Notes: generated by a model not told the origin, from the letters alone. Counted from the first letter of the stretch, positions 25,308-38,643 are shown. The stretch is 55,885 nt of DNA from Girardia tigrina (GCA_001938485.1 MQRK01217566.1:1-55885); one strand, 5' to 3'. Made by a program: numbers and translations.

Positions 25308-26577
25308 GGGTGGTCATAAGTCGCTTTACCCAGTTTTAATAATAATAAACACAAAATTCTAAATGATTTATAAACAAAAACCAGATAAAACTTTTTGTTT
25401 TAATAATTATTTATTTAAAAATTTTTAAAATTATTTCATTTTGTTCATTGTTGTTGACAATATTGACATGGCACGACAATTAACACTTCAGCAACGAATT
25501 TTTATAGGGAAGCAGTGGATAAAGCATGATAGAAATTCCAGAGCTGTAGCTACAGCATTTGCAAAAGAGTATCCTAATGACGCTCCTCCATCACGAAAAT
25601 CAATGCATGTTTTGGCTAAAAAGTTTCACGAGACCGGCTCGGTAACTGACAAGAAAAGAAGTGGGCGCCCTAACAATATGAATACCGATGAAAATAAAGA
25701 AAATGTTAGAACTTTCTATCAGAATGCGCCATCAACATCTGCAATTCGTGCAAGTTTGCAGTTGCATATACCACGCACAAGTTTACGTAGAATAATGAAG
25801 GACATTGAGTTGAAAGTTTGGCGACTTTGTCTGCTCCATCAAATGAATGATGACGATTATGACAGGCGCATAGAATTTTGCGAATGGTTACAGCAACAAC
25901 TCCATGAGAACATTGACATCAGGGACAGAATAATTTGGACCGACGAGGCTTCATTTAAGTTGAATGGTCACGTTAATTTGCATGCCATGTACTACTTCCC
26001 TGAGAATCCTCATTTGGTATCGGAGACCAACAATCTTTCTCCAGGAATTTGTGTGTGTGGAGAAATACGTTCAACTGGTGTGCTGGGACCATACTTCTTT
26101 GATGGAACGGTCAATTCTCAGCTATATCTCGATATGCTACATGATTTTGCCGTACTTCAGCTTGACACAAATAACGACGTTTGGATGCAAGACGGTGCTC
26201 CCCCTCATTATGGTAGAAATGTACGCGACTTTTTGGATAACACTTTTGAGATGTGGATCAGCAGGAGAGGAACCACTGAATGGCCTCCACGATCACCGGT
26301 CCTGACACCTTGTGATTATTCAATGTGGGGTATTCTGAAGGAACGCATTTACTCACAAAATGTTCTAACCATATTCGAGTTGAAGGAAAGAATTATTACA
26401 GAATTTGCAGCCTTGAACAACGATAAAGACTTGTGCCGACGAATCTGTCAATCTGTTTAGAGAAGAATTCAGTTGTGTATTAAATCTGAAGGACAACACT
26501 TTGAAGATAAGATTTAATTGTTTTCAAGTTTTTGTTTTGAAATTATTATTGTACGCTGATTAAATAAAAGTTGTATC
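25305..26577 (+). mobile_element. Tc1/mariner DD40D/DD41D (rosa/Visitor-type) transposon; 3' end in N gap
   Basis: Left TIR-like CACGGGTGGTCATAA next to (TA)n; (TA)n resumes after the gap. Confidence 0.8.
25468..26460 (+). CDS. DD40D transposase with DUF4817-like HTH N-terminus (premature TAG near C-terminus)
   Basis: WTDEASF, QDGAPPHY-(40 aa from D)-WPPRSPVLTPCDY. The frame continues RRIQLCIKSEGQHFE after the TAG. Confidence 0.88.
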   Translation: MARQLTLQQRIFIGKQWIKHDRNSRAVATAFAKEYPNDAPPSRKSMHVLAKKFHETGSVTDKKRSGRPNNMNTDENKENVRTFYQNAPSTSAIRASLQLHIPRTSLRRIMKDIELKVWRLCLLHQMNDDDYDRRIEFCEWLQQQLHENIDIRDRIIWTDEASFKLNGHVNLHAMYYFPENPHLVSETNNLSPGICVCGEIRSTGVLGPYFFDGTVNSQLYLDMLHDFAVLQLDTNNDVWMQDGAPPHYGRNVRDFLDNTFEMWISRRGTTEWPPRSPVLTPCDYSMWGILKERIYSQNVLTIFELKERIITEFAALNNDKDLCRRICQSV

Positions 26578-29084
26578 NNNNNNNNNNNNNNNNNNNNNNN
26601 NNNNNNNNNNNNNNNNNNNNNNNNNNNNNNNNNNNNNNNNNNNNNNNNNNNNNNNNNNNNNNNNNNNNNNNNNNNNNNNNNNNNNNNNNNNNNNNNNNNN
26701 NNNNNNNNNNNNNNNNNNNNNNNNNNNNNNNNNNNNNNNNNNNNNNNNNNNNNNNNNNNNNNNNNNNNNNNNNNNNNNNNNNNNNNNNNNNNNNNNNNNN
26801 NNNNNNNNNNNNNNNNNNNNNNNNNNNNNNNNNNNNNNNNNNNNNNNNNNNNNNNNNNNNNNNNNNNNNNNNNNNNNNNNNNNNNNNNNNNNNNNNNNNN
26901 NNNNNNNNNNNNNNNNNNNNNNNNNNNNNNATATATATATATATATATATTATCCTTTTTTACTCGATAATTGATTCTTGAAAGTCATCGCGTAAAAAAA
27001 GATACAATTTATATTAAAATATCAATTTCGTTTCTATGTTTGCAAATATTTGCGTAAAACAAGATGAAAATTCAAAATAATCTTAATTAGGTGTACATAT
27101 ATTTATTTAAAACAAAAATGAAAACTTTAAAATAAATTCTTTCATCCAAACTAGAAATCATTCTTTATTTTTTAATTTTTGTTTTTTAAAAATTCCTTAT
27201 CGTCTTTTTTCAAATATTTATAATATCAAATTATTTATTATAATCAATAGTATTCCAAACAGCTTAAGTCAATTCTTTTGTTTTCTAATTTTTATTTTAT
27301 GGTTTTGTAGTTGATTATAAACATTATTTTTAAAGAAAAATCTATCAAAAATATAAAAATAAAATTTCATTTTTTACAATATTAATTAAACGATTTTGCT
27401 TTTCCTAATTAACTACTTTTAGAAGATATTTGACTTAAAATGACCTTTTAGAAATTCCTTGAATTCCGTCAAATGTAAACCCAATTGTTTTATAAATCGA
27501 TATGACTCGCTGGAAAAATGTTTCCTGTATGAGTTCTGATCCCTTGGGTCAAATCCGTTTGATCCCTTTTTTGTGGCATATGTGCACTTACGATTTTCTA
27601 AAACCACGTTTCAATCTGTTGGAATTTAACAGATGATCACATAAAATAAATATTTGTCATTCTTTTTTAAGTGACCCTTAAAATAATCAAATCACATATA
27701 TTATTTATTTGAAATGAATTTAATGTTTGTCACCAGAAAAAGAATTAATTTTAAATTATGAAGAGCAACTAAACCATATTCATAAAAAAATTTCTTTTAT
27801 TGGAATATTTCTTGCATTTTGAGGAATAGAGATTTAATTTTGAAGACGTAAAAGTTTTAGGGCCAGATCTGTTTTATCCCTGTTAGTTGCTCTTATATTG
27901 TCTTCGACATTTGTATTTACACATATCAAAATTTTTTTAGCACAAATAATTATTTTTATAACAAACAAATTCAAATAAATCTTCAATTTCCGTTTAATAA
28001 TCAATTCTCCGACATTTATCCTTATTTTAAATTCCGATTAAATCTTTAAAAACTGAAAATTCAAAATAATATATAAATCGATTAAAATTTATTCTCAAAT
28101 AAAAGAATTTTTAAAATTTAATAAAACGTTTTTTTTTGCAAATTTTCAAACCTTTTTGATTTTAAATCAATGAAACCTATTCTAAAATAATATTCGTTTT
28201 AAAATTTAGGAACATTCAACGTTTTGTTCAATCCTGTTAAAAGTAATTAAATTAGGTGTACAAATATGAAAGTTTGTTTCACTTTGTCTAATATTATTCC
28301 ATTAATAAACTTTCTCTAACATTATATGTACCTATAATGTAGCGAGTTTTAAGCACAATCTAATACTTTTTGAATTTTATAAAAATAAGCGTATAAAATT
28401 TTATTGTAATTCCAGATGACCACCGAGGCTCCAACAAAAGAGCATTTTCGAGAAGTTCTTTTATTCATGTTTATCTCGAAGAAAATAACCATCGATTCTC
28501 ATATGATTGCTAAAGTATATGGCAAAGATACAATCACTGCCAGAGCCTGTCAGAAATTTTTTAAGAGGTTCAGAGAAGGCGATTTTGATCTGAGCAACAA
28601 ATACCGCGGTAGACCACCAAAGCAGTTTGTAGAACTGCAAGACATACTTGATGAAGATGATGCCCAAACGTAACAACAATTAGCTGACGCGTTAGGTGTG
28701 ATTCAGCAAACAATTTCAAATCGGTTGCTTGACATGGGCAAGATTCAGAAAGAAGGAAGACTGGTGCTGTTTGAATTGACTGAACACCATCAAGAAAATT
28801 GAAGAACGACGTGCAAACCTTTGCTTGATCGGCAGCAACACAAGCATACAATATGCTTAGAATCATTACAGGTGATGAAAATTACATTTATTTCGATAAT
28901 CCAAAACGAAAGAGATCATTGAAAGACCCAAGAAAGGCCCAAAGATGAATCCCAAGCATAAAAATCATTGAAAGAAGGTGCTGCTCTGCATATGGTAGGA
29001 CCAGAAGGGTATTTTGTATAATGAAGTGCTGAAACCTGACGAAACTGTTACGGTGGCTCGTTATGGAGAGCAATGAATCAATCT

Positions 29085-29516
29085 TGTGAGGAATATTTGA
29101 ATGTTTGATGTTTTGTGTTTGAATGTGTATGTTGATTTGGAAATGTGTCTCTCCTACCCAGATTGATGATTAATATTTTAATTCTTATTATCAAAAAATA
29201 TGTAATGTTTAAATTTATTTTTAATTTCAAATAATTTTAAAATTTTAAATAACTTAATTAATTGTTATAATATTTAATAAATAAATCAAATTAATATTTT
29301 TTTAAATAAAAAATAATCATTTTAATTATAAGTTTTGAGTAAATATTTTAATAAAATATTCCTTCCCCATTTTGCTAAAAAAATAATGAGAATTAATTTA
29401 TTAATCAATTTCGTTTAGAATGCAAATGTACGAAAGTTTTAACAAAGATTGTTTTAAGAACAATCAAAATTGTTGTTTAAATAAAAATATAAAGAGTCAA
29501 ATTGGTGTTCTTAATA
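29085..29516 (+). repeat. 5' LTR
   Basis: TGTGAGGAATA...GTTCTTAATA; the end matches solo-LTR ends (CTTAACA). Confidence 0.8.
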
Positions 29517-29528
29517 TGGCGACACACG
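29517..29528 (+). promoter_or_regulatory. Primer-binding site (tRNA-Ser(GCU)-like TGGCGAC)
   Basis: TGGCGAC lies immediately after the LTR; only 7 nt match the typical TGGCGACGAGG. Confidence 0.6.
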
Positions 29529-30375
29529 ACCACGTGACTCCGAATATCAAAGGTTCAGAAACATTCGACGGATCTGAGACAAAAGTAGAAGCATTTATAA
29601 AGAATTTCAACATGTACGCGAAGATAATGGGATTTTCGGAGGAAAATTTTAGTCACGCCATACATGAAACCGGAGGCAATAATCAAGTATGAAACAGCTC
29701 CCGGTGAAACATGTGAAGAAAAATTAAAATCAGCGTTCTCCAAGGAAAAACCGTACTAGATATAATGAAAGAAATGTTAGATTTGAGAATTGGCTCCAGC
29801 GATCCCACAATAATATTTAGAAAGGCAGACGAACCAATAGAGAAATTGGTAGAGAAAAAGCTGGGTAAGAAAGAACTATCGAATTTAGTATACTCTAACT
29901 TGATAGATGATGATTATGTACAAAAACAAATAGCCATTCAAGGTATCACGAAATCTGATGAGATTGAAGAAATACAAACAAGAATGTTCGAACATGAGAA
30001 AAAAAAGAAATGCACCAGTGGCAGCATATAATACAAAAAGAGAGAATGAATGGAAAACAGTGGAAAATAAAAAGAGAACAACAAGACCGCGGAATAGAAA
30101 AATTCCAGAAGATACAAGAAGAAATTTTAAAGTTAGGAAAATTACTTGTTGGGCATGTCATGAAGAAGGACATGTTAGAAGAGATTGTCCAAATGTGACA
30201 TGTAATCATTGCAATAAAAAAGGACACATAAGAACACAATGTTATGAAAACCCGAATAGGTTTAAGGAACGCGAGCAATAAAGACGGGATAATGGAAGAA
30301 ATCGATGGGAAAATGATAGGAAAATAACTCGAATCAAAGATATAGAGACCGTCCGACGTACACAAATAGGAAATA

Positions 30376-31499
30376 TTAGATTGGTCGAAAAATAATGGCG
30401 GTTTTTGAGCTTTATACTTTGTTTATCTACTTTGATATGTATATAAGTTTAAATGCATTAGTGTTAGATATTATTTGAAATCTTATACCTAGCTGTATAN
30501 NNNNNNNNNNNNNNNNNNNNNNNNNNNNNNNNNNNNNNNNNNNNNNNNNNNNNNNNNNNNNNNNNNNNNNNNNNNNNNNNNNNNNNNNNNNNNNNNNNNN
30601 NNNNNNNNNNNNNNNNNNNNNNNNNNNNNNNNNNNNNNNNNNNNNNNNNNNNNNNNNNNNNNNNNNNNNNNNNNNNNNNNNNNNNNNNNNNNNNNNNNNN
30701 NNNNNNNNNNNNNNNNNNNNNNNNNNNNNNNNNNNNNNNNNNNNNNNNNNNNNNNNNNNNNNNNNNNNNNNNNNNNNNNNNNNNNNNNNNNNNNNNNNNN
30801 NNNNNNNNNNNNNNNNNNNNNNNNNNNNNNNNNNNNNNNNNNNNNNNNNNNNNNNNNNNNNNNNNNNNNNNNNNNNNNNNNNNNNNNNNNNNNNNNNNNN
30901 NNNNNNNNNNNNNNNNNNNNNNNNNNNNNNNNNNNNNNNNNNNNNNNNNNNNNNNNNNNNNNNNNNNNNNNNNNNNNNNNNNNNNNNNNNNNNNNNNNNN
31001 NNNNNNNNNNNNNNNNNNNNNNNNNNNNNNNNNNNNNNNNNNNNNNNNNNNNNNNNNNNNNNNNNNNNNNNNNNNNNNNNNNNNNNNTGAAAACCCTTTG
31101 TCCGGGATTGGTCAATCGAAAAAGTCCCATCCTTCTTCATGATAACGCTAGACCTCATATTTCAAAAGTGACTCATCAAAAGCTTAATGAGTTGGGCTAT
31201 GAAACCCTGCTTCCTCCACCATATTCACCAGACCTCTCGCCAACGGAGTTCTACTTTTTCAGGCATTTGTACAACTTCCTACGTGAAAAATTTTCAAAAA
31301 CCGAAATGTTACTCAAAGAATTCGTCGCTTCCAGAACAGATGCATTTTATGCTGATGGAATAAAACAACTTGTTTCTCGTTGGCAAAAATGTATTGATGT
31401 CAACGGTTCATACTTTGATTAATAAACTTTTGTTTCTGTGAATTTGCACGTCTTTGAAGTTTTTGTCCTAAAACCACCATTGTTTTTTGACCAACCTAA
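30376..31499 (+). mobile_element. mariner family A copy nested in gag (partly N gap)
   Basis: Same TIRs and near-identical sequence to 5644-7775, TA TSD, motifs HDNARPH and PPYSPDL. Confidence 0.93.
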
Positions 31500-31672
31500 T
31501 ATTCAGTAGCGGAATTAGACGAATTAGACGATGAATTGTATGAAGGAGATAACTCTTCAAGACGGGGCTATACCGACGAAACCAATAGAAAAGAAGATTC
31601 TAAAAGACAGGAATATCCCAGAGGTTACAGAAAATTCAGANNNNNNNNNNNNNNNNNNNNNNNNNNNNNNCA

Positions 31673-33190
31673 GGGAGAGGTGATCAGTGTGCTTCATTAG
31701 AAAGTCAATGCAGATGTATGTTTGATTGTACATATGAATGTGTGTGTGATTGTATTTTTGATTGTATGTATGAAAATATTCCTCTAGAAATGTGTGAATT
31801 AGACAGTTTGAATAAAGAAAATTATGAAAAATGTGATAGCATGGATTTTGAAAAAGAAAGAAAGGAAAGAAATACTACAACAGATATATTAAAAATAGCA
31901 AAGTTTTACATAAATTATAAAAAATTGAAAGGACGGCCAAGTGTAGAATTTCGTATACAAGATAAAAATTTTCAGTGCCTTTTAGATACAGGAGCCCGAG
32001 TGAATGTCATTAAAGCGGATTTAATCAAATGTATGAAAAATATTCAGATTAGAGAAACAAGAAAGCGTATTCACTGTGCGAATGACTCAGAACCTGTAAA
32101 CTATGGGACTGTACAATTAAAAGTGATAATAGAAAGGGTACAGAAAACAACAGAGTTTTATGTTGTCAAAGAAATAGATCCGGAAATGATTACTGGTATA
32201 GATTTTTTGGATAAATTTTAAATAAAACTGAAGAAAGATGCATCAAATATCGATAGGATATTGACAATTAGAGATAGCCCTTCTGATGAAAATAGATTAA
32301 AAAGAATAAGAGAATTGTACAATACTACAAGTGAAAATGAGCTAATGAAACTTTTAACAAAGTACAAATCAATATTCATGGCTGATAAATGGGATATTGG
32401 AAAAACTTCGTTAACCAAACACAAGATAGAAACGCATGGAGAACCAGTACTGGTAAAACCGTATAGACAACCGAAACATTTTGAAGAGAAACTAGATGAT
32501 ATTATAAAGCACTTTGAAGAAAACGATATTATCGAAAAGTTTAGTTCTTGGAACTTTCATTTAGTATGTGTTTGGAAAAAAGAAAAGCAAGATATTCGCG
32601 TATGTGTAGATTTTCGTCAGTTAAATAAAATAACCGTCCGACCAGCGTTTCCAATGTCAAATGTAGACGATATGTTGAATACACTAAATGGGGCAAAATA
32701 CTTTAGTACTATCGATTTTGGAAACGCTTACCATCAAGTAGAATTAGAAGATGAATCAAAGATTAAGATGGCATTCTCAACAAAGTACGGTCAATACTGT
32801 TTCAAGAGAATGCCTTTTGGAATTGCTGCGGCCCCAGCAACTTTTCAGGAGCTAATGGTGAAAGTTTTGCGAGATTTGAATTGGAAAGAAGCAGTCGTAT
32901 ATTTAGATGATATTTTGATTTTCGCAAAAGATAAGGAAGAATATCTTCAAAGAGTAAATAACGTATTTGAGAAGATTATACAATCAGGTTTGAGAATAAA
33001 TCCGGAAAATGTCAATTTTTAGTAGAAAAGACTAAATTCTTAGGATATATCATAAGTAAAGATGGTATTGGAACAGATAAATCAAAAATTGACGCGATAC
33101 GCAAGTTTCAAAGCCCATCATGCATTACACATTTACGAAGCTTTTTGGGCTTGACAAATTACTACAGAAAATTTATAAAGGATTACGCAA
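31673..33190 (+). pseudogene. pol: Gypsy pol: aspartic protease + reverse transcriptase (RNase H/integrase lost)
   Basis: CLLDTGA, IRVCVDFRQLN, RMPFGI, VYLDDILIF, LRSFLGLTNYYRKFI. Confidence 0.93.
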
Positions 33191-33782
33191 GATATAAGTT
33201 AAGATATAAAATATAAGATAAGTTCACAAAACAAGAAGAAGTACGAAATTGACTCGATAAATGGATTATGTCGAAACAACCAAAATTCTTTTGGATGGAA
33301 TCCATAAATTACCAATAAATTGGAAAAATGTTGTTATTAATAATAGTTGTTATTGTTAAAAAAAGTTTAATTAAATTTTTTTTGGAATTTTATTTTTTTA
33401 AATCGTAAAAAAACGATATTTCATATTTGTACACTTATTAGCTCAAATTTATTATTTTCCAAAAGTTATTTACTTCAAAATATGATTTCTTTCAATTTTT
33501 TTCGAAATTTAGTTTTTATATATTAGGTCATTTTTAATACTTCATTATCAATTCAATGTTAATTTATTTTTCAAATATTTTCCCATTATGGGATGAATAA
33601 TTATGTAATATTTGTTACAATCTAACTTTTATAAAGTACAGTATTTAATATTTATATATTAATGATTTATATACTGATAAAGGAATACAAAATTTAAGAT
33701 TATTATTTTTACTTTGTACGGGAATAGAGATTTTGTTAGTCTTAATTTAAATCTCATAATTGTATTAACTTACCTCCTATTG

Positions 33783-34536
33783 TACAGGATGAGGCAGCAA
33801 TTTGAGAACACAGAATATATGCACCACACTTTCATGTGTGTTATAGTAACATAGTTTTATTCTGTTGCGAGTAGATATGGCAAAACGTAGTTATTGTCTC
33901 AATTGACAAAGTGGTGCATCGATTCAGAAACCGCTGCATTCTTGAATCGCCTAATTATTCGTATTCAAAGTTCGGAGAGAAATGGAAGATGCAAAGGGTG
34001 ACGTAGCGGATGTTTCTAAAAGGAAACGACATTGTAAACATTACGAAAGTATCAAGACGCTGGATTTTACAAATCAAGTTCAAGCTGCTCTCAGAATTGG
34101 ATGAGGGAACTAACTAAAGAGGAGCAGGTGTAAGATGCTACCCTTCGACGTGTAAGTCATGAGGACCACCGTTTCAAATTATGATGCAAAGAGAATAGTT
34201 TATATCTCAAAAAAAAACAAAGATAACCGCTTGACCAGAGCCTTTCCAAAAAAACTCGGTTTGATTTGGTTTTTCTCAAACAAAAAGAATTTTATTCAAG
34301 ACCAGAAGGTGAGCCTCAAAAATGATCTGTGGCTGTGTTAAAGCCCTAAATGATGATATTTCAAGCATGATAGATGGTTTTCAATATTGTTAGTGGTAAA
34401 GGGGATGTGATGCCTCCACAATATTTTTTCAATACCGTTGCATACACTGAGGTGTTAGACACAGTTGTCAAACTTTTGATTTGGTTCTATAAAGACACAG
34501 AAAACATGACTTCCCAAATATCTTTTTTACCACTGT
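33783..34536 (+). pseudogene. maT/DD37D-like transposon remnant
   Basis: WFFSNKKNFIQDQKV..NDLWL resembles the FSDEKNF.QDQK.N..NDRW motif; ends CCACTG|TA. Confidence 0.5.
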
Positions 34537-36896
34537 AGTAAATCACAATTTTATTCTGTAAGATAATAGCAAATATGAGATTTCGCATATTGTAATTAAA
34601 AAAAAATATAACCTAAAAAATAAGAATATTAACTCTAATCGAGTCAAAAATGTAATTATTGTAAAAAAAACGAGATTGAATCAAAAAAATTCGAATATTA
34701 AAGAAAATAACAAAAATTGAAAATAATAAATCATTATTTAAATAAACCAAAATCAGCACAAATAAAAGGCAAAATAAAATTTGAACATGGCTAAAAATAT
34801 TGATTCTGTCGTTGAGTGTGATTTATGATACAAGCTTTCATCATTGTTTATTGATTCGAATAAATTATTGTTGTATTTCATTCAATATTACGCATATTCC
34901 TCGATTTTTCGTGTTTTATTAAATTTCAATTCGGAATAGAGTCGTATAATGACTCTTCCAGCAGTCCTGGCGGATGCGTTGCATGACGACCCGTATGATT
35001 TAATTTAATTTAATTTAAATACACGTCTCAGGTGCAATTTAAATCAAATGCAAGCACGTTTCGGACCGAGATCCGAAAAGGCTCCATAGTTCAGCGATTT
35101 TAAATCTGTCTTTGTCGCGCTGACGGCAAAGAGTTGTACTCTCGAAGAGAGTCAACTAGGGTTGAAACTGCTTGTTGGTAGGCAGTGAGTTGTTGTCAGA
35201 TGGGGGTTATCGAACGAAAGTTGTTAAATGAATGTTATCAAATGACACAAAAGTTGCGAAAGACCGCTACTGATAATTATCATGAGCCATCAAAACTGGG
35301 TAATAGTTATTATCTGAGGCTCATCTTTCGAGTTAATACTAATCAGGGCGGTTTTCGTCCGGAAGAATATACAGGCAGCGTGAGGGGCGCGTTATACAAT
35401 TGAAAAAGAATTCCTTTAAATAAGAATGATTATTATGCCCTTAAAGGATGATAAAGCTGGATTTCACAATAAGTCTTTTCATAACTTCCGTTCAAGTTGG
35501 ACTTTGAATGTTCATACAGAATTTATACTAATAACAAAAAATAATAACACTAACGAGCGAAACATTAATTGTACAAAAAGATTATTTATACCGCGTCGCA
35601 TTACTTCAAAGCCACAGAAAAAGAAAAAAAAGTGAACTGAAAAAATTAATGTTTTTTCATCCATTCCAAAATTTCCATAAAATCCACAATAATTATTTAA
35701 CAAAAACAAAGTCTACTTTTTTGGATAACAAAATACATTAGAATTTATATTAATAATAAAAGAGATCGGTAAAATCAGAGAAATAAAAAACAAATTTTAT
35801 ATTAAAAAAGAAAATATTCTTTTTTTTATTAAAAAAAATCAAAAGAATTACTAATTGATAAATTTAATTTAATTATTTTTTATTAATTACCCATCAATTT
35901 CTAATTGATAAATTTAATTTAAATATTTTTTTATTAATTACTCATCAAATAAATTTTTGCTAATATTCTCAGAAATTGTTATTTTTTATTTCATGAAAAA
36001 TATATAAAATAATGAGAAAAACAATTTCGTTAAATTTGAAAATAAATTTCCAAGAAATTCCTCTCGCACTGATTTTACTGATCAGATTTAATCATTATGA
36101 AGAAAAAAATATTTTTTTAATTAATTTATATATTTTATTGTTTTAACGAATTTTCAGTAGTCAACATAATATCCGTGTGAAAACCCATTAAATCATTTTC
36201 GGATTCATTACTTCTTCACCTTGTCAGACACCGTGAACCGAAACTTCCATCCAGATTCTGGAGAATGTCGTTTTTTGTACACTTTATTTATCATTTTATA
36301 GAAAAAAAAACATTTATGACTGAGAAAATATTATCAGAAAAAAATTGAAAAGTGAGAGTAAATAAACATTTATTATTGAATCAAATTCATAAATCGGAGA
36401 ATTTGTTGACTGAATATCACAAAAAATTCAATTAATTTAGTTTAATAAAATCATTTCGGTAAATTAAAAAAAATAAAAATAAAGTATCTTTTTAATCATT
36501 GTAACATTAATATTGAAAATTAAATATTTATAAATTAAATTTTCAAAAATAAATAACTCATAATAATTAGGCCGTGAAATTTTTAAAACGGTAAATGGGA
36601 ATATTCTCTTGAACTTACAAACTTTAGAAATCCTAAGTGGGATCTAATAGGAATAGATTATTTCCTTAAAGATAATAGCTTCATCATACTCAAGGTCCTA
36701 TACAGAAATGAAGTTTTCACAATAATACATTATTATTCTAAATCTAAAGTATCAAAATAAACGTTAGTTTTGCATAGCGGTAAAAGATCCTGACAACAAA
36801 CGGAAAAAGAAAATAGCATGATAAAATCAATGTTAAAACCGGTCTGAAATCAACTAAGAAAAATTTATACGAGAAAAATTAACATATTTTTGCATA

Positions 36897-37740
36897 TAAG
36901 GTCGGCAAGTATGAAATTTGTAAAACTAAAGTCACATTTTATTGATAAATTACCAATACAAATATTTATATCATTCATCAAATTATGCATCTATTTAATA
37001 GACATACTTCTGCCATTTGAGAGGCAGCTTGTTGACGCCATTTTGTAGCCTAGAATCTATAAATTCCAGGATGCCATTTTTATGGCATCTTCGGAATTGA
37101 ATTTATTTCCTTTCAAAAACCTGATCGAATTGCGGGAAGAAATTGGAAGTTTGGGTTAGGTGTAGTGAGTATGGAGGATGATGCAGAAGTTCAAACTCAA
37201 GTTCCTATAGTTTTGTTACAATCTTTGAGCAAAGATATTCAATATTCTTTGCTTTCTAAAAGCAAACATTAGCTATAAATCATGAGTAGGTTAATTAGAA
37301 ATTTAATGAGCACGGTTACCTTCAGTTCATCATTGTCTATCTGCTTTCCTGTGCGACCACGAGACTCATTATTGAAATTACAATTACCTCTCACGAATTT
37401 GCTGAACTAATTTTAAACTGTAACACTGCTTACACAAATACACAATTGGTGTTTCGCATGGTTTCTGATGCTAAAGTTTTACTTAGGAACTCGTACATCA
37501 AAATAGTTTGAATTTCTATCTTCCATTTTTTAAAATACTGATTATTAAAACAAGTTATCAATAATTTGTAATTTTTATTTACGTTTGTAAGGATTTTGAG
37601 AAACTATTCTAAATTTTTAAATTAAAACCAAACTAAACAACTTTTTAAAAGAATATTTAAAATAAAAATTAAATATAAAGTAACGGTAAAAAAGATATAA
37701 AAATAAATTTAAAAAGAGGTTTCAATAACTTAACATAGTT
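36897..37740 (-). pseudogene. Decayed mariner element
   Basis: IQTILMYEF N-terminus, HHPPYS, GVNKLPLKWQK; terminus TAAGGTCGGCAAGTATGAAA. Confidence 0.7.
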
Positions 37741-38643
37741 TTAAAAATACAAATTAAAAGATTTCCAAAATAATACAATTTACATTTAATTTAACTATAA
37801 ATTTATATTTACGATTTATTTAGATATAATTGCTTTGTGCAAGAAAAATTAAAAAGTGTTCCTCGAAAATTTACTTTAACAAAATTTGTTTAAATAATAA
37901 TATATTGTTGATATTAAATAAAAGTTTTAAAATGTCTTCTTCTGAGTTCTAATCAGAGCACCATCACGAAACCTAACAGTGCTCAATAGACAAAATATGT
38001 AGCAATCAAATAAAAAAGTGAGCAACAAAATGTTTAGTCATTGTCAAATTATAAATATTTGAATTTATTGTAGTCATGCATTCAAATGTCATACTGGAAA
38101 ACTTAATATAAGAAAATTTTTTTTATATTACACAAAACAACTTTAGTCAAAACCACTGGAAACAAAAATAAATAAATGATCTACTCAAGTGTCTGCTTAA
38201 TTTGAAACTCACTGTAAAATCTGTAAAAAAAGTTGTTTATTTCAATAAATGCAGTAAGAAAATTACTTTCTTAGATACAATTAAGTATAAAAATTTAAAA
38301 TTAGTGTTTTGATATTTCAGTTGAGTTATTATTTATTTTAATATTTTTTTCTTATTTTATATTTATATTTAAGAAATATCTATTTTCTGCCCAAGCACAG
38401 ACATAAATCCGAATTCAAATCGTTTACCTATCTTGAATGATTATTACTGATCTGTTTATAGCCTTTCTTTTATCTTGTATAAATAAAGATATATATGAAT
38501 ATTATATTATACATATTATATATAACATATTATACATCATATATACATCATATAGTATGATATATAAAATACTTAAATAAAATAAGAAAATAATTAAAGT
38601 AAAATTAAATAATTTAAAAATTGATTAGTTTTTGAACTTAAAC

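Larger units (their letters stand above)
29516..31700 (+). pseudogene. gag: Gypsy gag (frameshifted, split by mariner)
   Basis: MATHDH..FDGS; knuckles CWACHEEGHVRRDC and CNHCNKKGHIRTQC. Frame TNRKY|SVAEL is restored across the mariner; ends QGEVISVLH*. Confidence 0.85.
29085..33190 (+). mobile_element. Ty3/Gypsy (Mag-like) LTR retrotransposon, 3'-truncated
   Basis: 5' LTR 29085-29516, PBS-like TGGCGAC, gag with two CCHC knuckles, protease LDTGA, RT YLDD. Related solo LTRs show 5-bp TSDs. Confidence 0.92.
28252..33438 (+). mobile_element. mariner (Mos1-like) transposon hosting the Gypsy insertion, internally deleted
   Basis: TIRs TTAGGTGTACAAATATGAAA / TTTCATATTTGTACACTTAT. N-terminal coding at 28416-29084 (KEHFREVLLF, IITGDE); C-terminal coding at ~33220-33360 (GIHKLP..W). 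Confidence 0.85.

Noticed and set aside
27592-27615. Possible 24-nt micro-exon on the minus strand (TTCCAACAG|...|GTAAGT; LKRGFRK)
   Set aside because: Splice-like signals alone are expected by chance in 56 kb, and no partner exons were identified.
26571-31158. Long ORFs made of X residues (26571+, 30427-, 30489-; also 5695-, 5753+)
   Set aside because: Artefacts of N gaps.
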